Shown here piece by piece: positions 59,201-64,000 of a stretch of DNA of 64,000 nt (position 1 is its first letter; the number at the start of each line of letters is the position of its first letter). Under the pieces are notes generated by a model. The model worked only from the letters and a program-made list of their open reading frames with translations, had not been told where the DNA came from and did not search any database. The stretch is from Mobula birostris (lineage: Eukaryota): assembly GCF_030028105.1 (NCBI RefSeq), contig NC_092384.1, forward strand, positions 22,079,629 to 22,143,628. Reading direction: 5' to 3'. The position numbers were made by a program, and so were the translations under genes.

Positions 59201-61277
59201 GATGAACCTGTTGGAATTCTTTGAGGAGATTACAAGTAGGATAGATAAAAGGGATGCAGTGGATGTATATTTGGACTTTCAGAAGGCCTTTGACAAGATG
59301 CCACACATGAGGCTGCTTACCAAGTTAAGAGCCCATGGTATTACAGGAAAGTTACTAACATGGTTGGAGCATTGGCTGATTGGAAGAAGGCAGCGAGTGA
59401 AAATAAAAGGATCGTTTTCTGTTTGGCTGCCAGTGACTAGTGGTGTTCCACAGGGGTCGGTGTTGGGACCACTTCTTTTTATGCTGTATGTAAATGATGA
59501 TGAAATAGATGGGTTCGTTGCCAAGTTTGCAGATGATACGAAGATTGGTGGAGGGGCAGGTAGTGTTGAGGAAACATGCAGGATGCAGAAGGACTTCTCG
59601 ATTAGAGGACAGATTAGGAGAATGGGCAAGAAAGTGGTCAATGAAATACAATGTTGGAAAATGCTTGGTCATGCATGTTGGTAGTAGAAATAAATGTGCA
59701 GACTATCTCCTAAATGGGGAGAAAGTCCAAAAACCTGACATGCAGTGGGACTTGGGAGTCCTTGTGCAGAACTCCCTAAAGGTTAACTTGCATGCTGATT
59801 CAGTGGTGAGGAAGGCAAATGTTATGTTAGCATTCATTTCAAGAGGTTGAGAATACAAGAACAAGGATGTGATGCTAAGGTTTTATAAGACACTGGTGAG
59901 GCCTCACCTGGAGTATTGTGAACAGTTTTGGGCCCCTCAACCGAGAAGAGATGTACTAGCATTGGAGAGGTTTCCAGAGGAGGCTCACAAGGATGATTTC
60001 AGGAATGAAGGGGTTATCATACGAGGAACGTTTGAGGGCTCTGGGTCTCAGGGGAAACAGATCGAGGAGGAGAGGAGTGTAGGGAACAGATCGAGGAGGA
60101 GAGGAGCGTGGGGAACAGATTGAGGAGGAGAGGAGGGTGTGAGGAAACAGATCGAGGAGGAGAGGAGTGTGGGGAAACATCAAGGAGGAGAGGAGTGTGG
60201 GGAAACAGATCGAGGAGGAGAGAAGGGTGTGGGGAACAGATCGAGGAGGAGAGGAGTGTGGGGAAACAGATCGAGGAGGAGAGGAGGGTGTGGGGAACAG
60301 ATCGAGGAGGAGAGGAGAGTGTGGGGAAACAGATTGAAGAGGAGAGGAGGGTGTGGGGAAACAGATTGAGGAGGAGAGGAGGGTGTGGGGAAACAGATTG
60401 AGGAGGAGCGGAGGGTGTGGGGAACAGATCGAGGAGGAGAGGAGAGTGTGGGGAAACAGATTGAAGAGGAGAGGAGGGTGTGAGGAAACAGATTGAGGAG
60501 GAGAGGAGGGTGTGGGGAACAGATCGAGGAGGAGAGGAGTGTGGGGAAACAGATCGAGGAGGAGAGAAGGGTGTGGGGAACAGATCGAGGAGGAGAGGAG
60601 TGTGGGGAAACAGATCGAGGAGGAGAGGAGGGTGTGGGGAAACAGATTGAAGAGGAGAGGAGGGTGTGGGGAAACAGATTGAGGAGGAGAGGAGGGTGTG
60701 GGGAAACAGATTGAGGAGGAGCGGAGGGTGTGGGGAACAGATCAAGGAGGAGAGGAGAGTGTGGGGAAACAGATTGAAGAGGAGAGGAGGGTGTGGGGAA
60801 ACAGATTGAGGAGGAGAGGAGGGTGTGGGGAAACAGATTGAGGAGGAGAGGAGGGTGCGGGGAAACAGATTGAGGAGGAGAGGAGGGTGTGGGGAAACAG
60901 ATTGAGGAGGAGAGGAGGGTGCGGGGAAACAGATTGAGGAGGAGAGGAGGGTGTGGGGAACAGATCGAGGAGGAGAGGAGGGTGTGGGGAACGTGAAGAG
61001 AGTGAAGGAGGGGTTTGAGATCGAGGGGGCTGTGGAAGTGGGGTGGTCGGAGGGGAAGAATGTGGAGATAGAGAAAGGAGATCATTGGGAAGAGGAGAGG
61101 AGTCAGAAGGTGAAGTTCTGAGGGTCTGCTGACAAGGGAGAGGTGGGGGTGGAAGGAAGGGGTTGGGAGAGGCGGCAGTGTACATTACAATCCTCACAGC
61201 GTACCCTTCAATGTTGATTTCTCTCTCTTTCTCTGCAGAAATGTCACGGGATTCCAGCCAAGAGAGAGTTGTAAAGT
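32047..61277 (+). CDS. RIPK3: Receptor-interacting Ser/Thr protein kinase, RIPK3-like (5' part; continues beyond the window)
   Basis: Phase-consistent exons 32047-32276, 37654-37966, 44244-44392, 47823-47872, 48787-48945, 49590-49666, then probable 53178-53244, 57224-57262, 61239-61277. Motifs GSGGFGVV, VAVK, TEFMENGSL, HLDLKPANVLL, DFG, GTLSYMPPE, FDVYSYGIVIW, CW...RPPF. The exon layout and short post-kinase exons fit RIPK3 better than RIPK4/ANKK1, which have a large ankyrin exon. No RHIM is seen in the window, so the symbol is tentative. Confidence 0.7.
32690..33150 (-). mobile_element. Penelope-like element 3' fragment with intact hammerhead
   Basis: ATHFNSTSHSHSDVSVHGLLCC endonuclease tail; hammerhead at 32769-32804. 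Confidence 0.88.
32769..32804 (-). ncRNA. Minimal type I hammerhead ribozyme (Penelope pLTR)
   Basis: Reverse complement reads AGTC-CTGATGA-AGGGGCTCGGCCC-GAAA-CG-TC|GACT. Confidence 0.85.
33277..34271 (+). mobile_element. Young 5'-truncated Penelope-like element (GIY-YIG endonuclease and pLTR)
   Basis: ORF has CKRNKCYTC...FTCESTGVIYCVRCSRCGLLYIGETRRRLKDRFAEH. 10-bp TSD CCACGACATC at 33267-33276 and 34272-34281. Confidence 0.95.
34175..34210 (+). ncRNA. Minimal type I hammerhead ribozyme (Penelope pLTR)
   Basis: AGTC-CTGACGA-AGGGTCTCGGCCT-GAAA-CG-TC|GACT: conserved CUGANGA/GAAA core, stem I AGTC/GACT, GUC cleavage triplet. Confidence 0.85.
34622..35282 (-). mobile_element. CR1 LINE 3' fragment
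   Basis: KVQRRLTRII...LGLYSQEF..MRGGDLIETYRI; (TCTTATG)n-type tail at 34622. Confidence 0.85.
35896..36600 (-). mobile_element. Rex1/Babar 3' fragment with nested repeats
   Basis: Rex1 C-terminal remnants and 3' UTR; internal (GT)n and a second 3' UTR similar to 8200-8400. Confidence 0.6.
36880..37336 (+). mobile_element. Penelope-like 3' fragment with mutated hammerhead
   Basis: LEEQHLIFHLGSPQLDGMNIDF tail; hammerhead at 37241-37276 has core CTGCTGA. Confidence 0.85.
37654..37966 (+). CDS. RIP kinase exon 2 (alphaC to catalytic loop)
   Basis: LLDEARKL...LVTEFMENGSL...EIALGMNFLH...HLDLKPANVLLNKDYHIK. Confidence 0.95.
38330..43020. repeat. ~4.7-kb 16/17-bp minisatellite (CCCTGATCCC[C]TAACA)n
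   Basis: Hundreds of degenerate units, each with CCCTAA and CCCTGA; lies in kinase intron 2. Confidence 0.97.
43286..43532. repeat. 27-bp tandem repeat, ~9 copies (ACAGCTGATCACAGGTAC[A/G]TAACTGAC)
   Basis: Read directly; produces the periodic ORF TADHRYITD. Confidence 0.95.
43676..44095 (-). mobile_element. Penelope-like pLTR fragment
   Basis: GCAACACACACAGACTGCTGGAGGAACTCAGC terminus, degenerate hammerhead ~43765-43800, purine-rich tract. Confidence 0.75.
44244..44392 (+). CDS. RIP kinase exon 3 (DFG, activation loop)
   Basis: VCDFGLANW...GTLSYMPPECF...KFDVY. Confidence 0.95.
44630..44850 (-). mobile_element. V-SINE/HE1-like SINE
   Basis: GGAGGAAACCGGAGCACCCGGAGGAAACCCA, the reverse complement of the V-domain core. 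Confidence 0.75.
45271..47788 (-). mobile_element. CR1 LINE ORF2, 5'-truncated and frameshifted
   Basis: ORF pieces 46853-47530, 46200-46835, 45680-46123, 45376-45714 with KSPGPD, NYRPVSLTS, QHGF, SGVPQG, RPHLEY; (TTTCTATG)n tail. Confidence 0.95.
47823..47872 (+). CDS. RIP kinase exon 4
   Basis: SYGIVIWEILTCKKPYE; TTTCACAG acceptor, GTAAGT donor. Confidence 0.92.
48787..48945 (+). CDS. RIP kinase exon 5
   Basis: HAVNSEHLKLCVSKGDRPDL...LMKKCWLTNPDDRPPFS. Confidence 0.93.
49590..49666 (+). CDS. RIP kinase exon 6 (end of kinase domain)
   Basis: ECVYNLEAELQSEAELRMAVQALAQQ; phase 1-0. Confidence 0.82.
49695..49827. other. Assembly gap (133 N)
   Basis: Run of n. Confidence 1.
50295..50760 (+). 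mobile_element. CR1 LINE 3' fragment
   Basis: MRGNFFTHRVVRVWNELPVEVVEAG; CR1 3' UTR. Confidence 0.85.
50880..51084. mobile_element. Tc1-derived non-autonomous element end
   Basis: Terminal GGTGTACCTAATAAAGTGGCCACAGAGTG-TA typical of Tc1-like TIRs. Confidence 0.6.
52310..52785 (-). mobile_element. Rex1/Babar 3' fragment
   Basis: ASIIKDP remnant; (CCAATT)n-type tail. Confidence 0.7.
53178..53244 (+). CDS. RIP kinase probable linker exon 7
   Basis: Strong acceptor TTTTCTCTGTGCAG, donor G|GTAATT, phase 0-1, open: ESTCVDRAWDTRRDVNDSVSLC. Confidence 0.6.
53359..55275 (-). mobile_element. Degenerate CR1 LINE ORF2
   Basis: VQFWSPHYRKD, DVVYTDFQKAFDK, ANATPLFKKG..NYRPVNL. Confidence 0.9.
55455..55685. 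repeat. ~31-bp tandem repeat (C8-11 GTTCCTCAGGGAGAACAGA), ~7 copies
   Basis: Read directly from the sequence. Confidence 0.9.
57224..57262 (+). CDS. RIP kinase probable 39-nt microexon 8
   Basis: TTGTTTTGTTTAG acceptor, G|GTGAGT donor, phase 1-1: EPVEEQNENFNLV. Confidence 0.6.
58740..60048 (+). mobile_element. CR1 LINE ORF2 fragment with internal deletion
   Basis: EMADELNEYFAS, LDFQKAFDK, SGVPQGSVLGPLLF, KFADDTK, RPHLEYC. Confidence 0.92.
60049..60990. repeat. ~29-33-bp purine-rich minisatellite (GGGGAAACAGATYGAGGAGGAGAGGAGGGTGT)n, ~30 copies
   Basis: Read directly; explains the periodic ORFs at 60017-61085. Confidence 0.95.
61239..61277 (+). CDS. RIP kinase probable 39-nt microexon 9
   Basis: CTCTCTCTTTCTCTGCAG acceptor, T|GTGAGT donor, phase 1-1: EMSRDSSQERVVK. 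Confidence 0.6.
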
Positions 61278-61531
61278 GTGAGTATTTGTGACACTTGGTA
61301 TGTTAAAGCCATTGGCAGCAGGACCCCTCCCCTGTCATGTCCGTCCGTCCATGAGGTGCGTGGAAGCAGTGGGGTGGAAGAGGATCTCTGCCCTGTTATT
61401 GGCTCAGAACTGGCTCAGTTCATTGGGCCCCCTCTGACCCTTTCTATGGCCTGTTGAAAGTATGGCCACCCTCTAGCTTCAGGCAGACTGTGCCTCAGCA
61501 GCAAGCCAGAGATCATTCAACACCATGACAC

Positions 61532-64000
61532 TAGACAATAGACAATAGGTGCAGGAGTAGGCCATTCGGCCCTTTGAGCCAGCACCGCCATTCACTGTGA
61601 TCATGGCTGATCATCCACAATCAGTATCCAATTCCTGCCTTATTCCCATAACCTTTGATTCCACTATCTTTAAGAGCTCTATCCATCTCTTTTTTGAAAG
61701 CATCCAGAGACTTGGCCTCCACAGCCTTCTGGGGCAGAGCATTCCATATATCCACCACTCTCTGGGTGAAAAAGTTTTTCCTCAACTCCGTTCGAAATGG
61801 CCTACTCCTAATTCTTAAACCGTGGCCTCTGGTTCTGGACTCACCCATCAGCGGGAACATGCTTCCCGCCTCCAGCGTGTCCAATCCCTTAATAATCTTA
61901 TATGTTTCAATAAGATCCCCTCTCAGCCTTCTAAATTCCAGAGTATACAAGCCCAGTCGCTCCAATCTTTCGACATATGACAGTCCCGCCATCCCGGAAA
62001 TTAACCTTGTGAACCTACGCTGCACTCCCTCAATAGCAAGAATGTCCTTCCTCAAATTTGGAGACCTAAACTGCACACAGTACTCCAGGTGTGGTTTCAC
62101 CAGGGCCCTGTACAGCTGCAGAAGGACCTCTTTGCTCTTATACTCAATTCCCCTTGTTATGAAGGCCAGCATGCCATTAGCTTTCTTCACTGCCTGCTGT
62201 ACTTGCATGCTCGCTTTCAGTGACTGATGTACAAGAACACCTAGATCTCGTTGTGCTTCCCCTTTTCCTAACTTGACTCCATTTAGATCATAATCTGCCT
62301 TCCCGTTCTTACCACCAAAGTGGATAACCTCACATTTATCCACATTAAACTGCATCTGCCATGCATCTGCCCAATCACCCAGCCTGTCCATTCTCATAAC
62401 ATCCTCCTCATATTTCACACTGCCACCCAGCTTTGTGTCATTGGCAAATTTGCTAATGTTACTTTTAATTCCCTCATCTAAATCATTAATATATATTGTA
62501 AACAGCTGCGGTCCCAGCACTGAACCCGGTGGTACCCCACTGGTCACCGCCTGCCATTCTGAAAGGGACCCGTTAATCGCTACTCTTTGTCTTCTGTCAG
62601 CCAGCCAATTTTCAATCCATGTCAGTACTCTGCCCCCAATACCATGTGCCCTAATTTTGCCCACTAATCTCCTATGTGGGACTTTATCAAAGGCTTTCTG
62701 AAAGTCCAGGCACACTACATCCATTGGCTCTCCCTTGTCCATTTTCATAGTTACATCCTCAAAAAATTCCAGAAGATTAGTCAAGCACGATTTCCCCTTT
62801 GTAAATCTATGCTGACTTGGACCAATCCTGTTACTACTATCCAGATGTGTCGTAATTTCATCTTTTATAATTGACTCCAGCATCTTTCCCACCACTGACG
62901 TTAGGCTAACCGGTCTATAATTTCCTGTTTTCTCTCTTCCTCCCTTCTTGAAGAGAGGGACAATATTAGCCACCCTCCAATCCACAGGAACTGATCCTGA
63001 ATCTATAGAACACTGGAAAATGATTACCAATGCGTCGATGATTTCTAAAGCCACCTCCTTAAGTACCCTGGGATGCAGACCATCAGGTCCCGGGGACTTA
63101 TCAGCCTTCAGACCCAACAGCCTATCCAACACCATTTCCTGCCTAATATAAATTTCCTTCAATTCATCCATTACCCTAAGTCTTTTGGCCGCTATTACAT
63201 CTGGGAGATTGTTTGTGTCTTCCCCAGTGAAGACAGATCCAAAGTACCTGTTCAACTCGTCTGCCATTTCCTTGTTCTCCAAAATAAATTCACCTGCTTA
63301 TTTCTTCAAGGGCCCAATTTTGATCTTAACTATTTTTTTCCTTTTCACATACCTAAAGAAGCTTTTACTATCCTCCTTTATATTCTTGGCTAGTTTACCT
63401 TCGTATCTCTTTTTTTTCTCCACGTATTGCCTTTTTAGTTATCTTTAAAAGTTCCTCAATCCTCTGGCTTCCCACTCGTCTTTGCTATGTTATACTTCTC
63501 TTTTATTTTTATACTGTCCATTACCTCCCTTGTCAGCCACAGCCTCCCTTTACTCCCCTTAGGATCTTTCTTCCTCTTTGGAACGAACTGATCCTGCACC
63601 TTCCGCATTATTCCCAGAAACACTTGCCATTGCTGTTCCACTGTCATCCCTGCTAGGGTATTGTTCCATTGAATTTTGGGCAGCTCCTCCCTCATAGCAC
63701 CATAGTTCCCTTTGTTCAACTGTAATACTGACACTTCCGAGTTTCCCTTCTCCCTCTCAAATTGTAGATTAAAACTTATCATATTGTGGTCACTATCTCC
63801 TAATGGCTCCTTTACCTCGAAGTCCCTGATCAAATCTGGTTCATTGCACAACACTAAATCTAGAATTGCGTTCTCTCTGGTAGGCTTCAGTACAAGCTGT
63901 TCTAAGAATCCATCTCGGAGGGACTCCACAAACTCCCTTTCTTGGGGTCCAGTACCAACCTAATTCCTGCAGTCTACCTGCATGTTGAAATCCCCCATAA
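61532..64000 (-). mobile_element. Young CR1 LINE (ORF2 RT, 553-aa open stretch; endonuclease fragment upstream), runs off the window
   Basis: ORF 61621-63282 has a full RT (KSPGPDG, NYRPVSLTS, DFQKAFDKV, SGVPPGSVLGP, KFANDTK). EN motif ILDLVL..LGDSDHN in 63456-63929. Frame break at ~63410-63450; (CTATTGT)n tail. Confidence 0.96.

Noticed and set aside
60017-61197. Long ORFs (242, 301, 151 aa)
   Set aside because: Translations of the purine-rich minisatellite.

Overview
Vertebrate genomic DNA. The repeat landscape (CR1, Rex1/Babar, Penelope-like, L2, V-SINE-like, Tc1, hAT) suggests a cartilaginous fish, probably a ray; this is inference. Three + strand protein-coding loci were reconstructed by hand. 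(1) An intact ~388-aa PIF/Harbinger-transposase-derived ORF (1890-3056) lies behind a CpG-island, housekeeping-type promoter, and its first catalytic Asp is replaced by Gly. It is a candidate domesticated, nuclease-dead HARBI1-like gene and the best novelty candidate. (2) A complete ~381-aa signal peptide-EGF-ZP module-TM gene (ZPD/GP2/uromodulin-like) spans ~16971-26903. (3) A RIP-family Ser/Thr kinase (RIPK3-like) starts at 32047, has six confident kinase-region exons plus three short linker exons (two are 39-nt symmetric microexons) and runs off the window. The rest is mostly decayed transposons, Penelope elements carrying minimal hammerhead ribozymes, and four minisatellites, including a 4.7-kb array built from TTAGGG/TCAGGG units. 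There is one assembly gap (49695-49827). No database searches were run.
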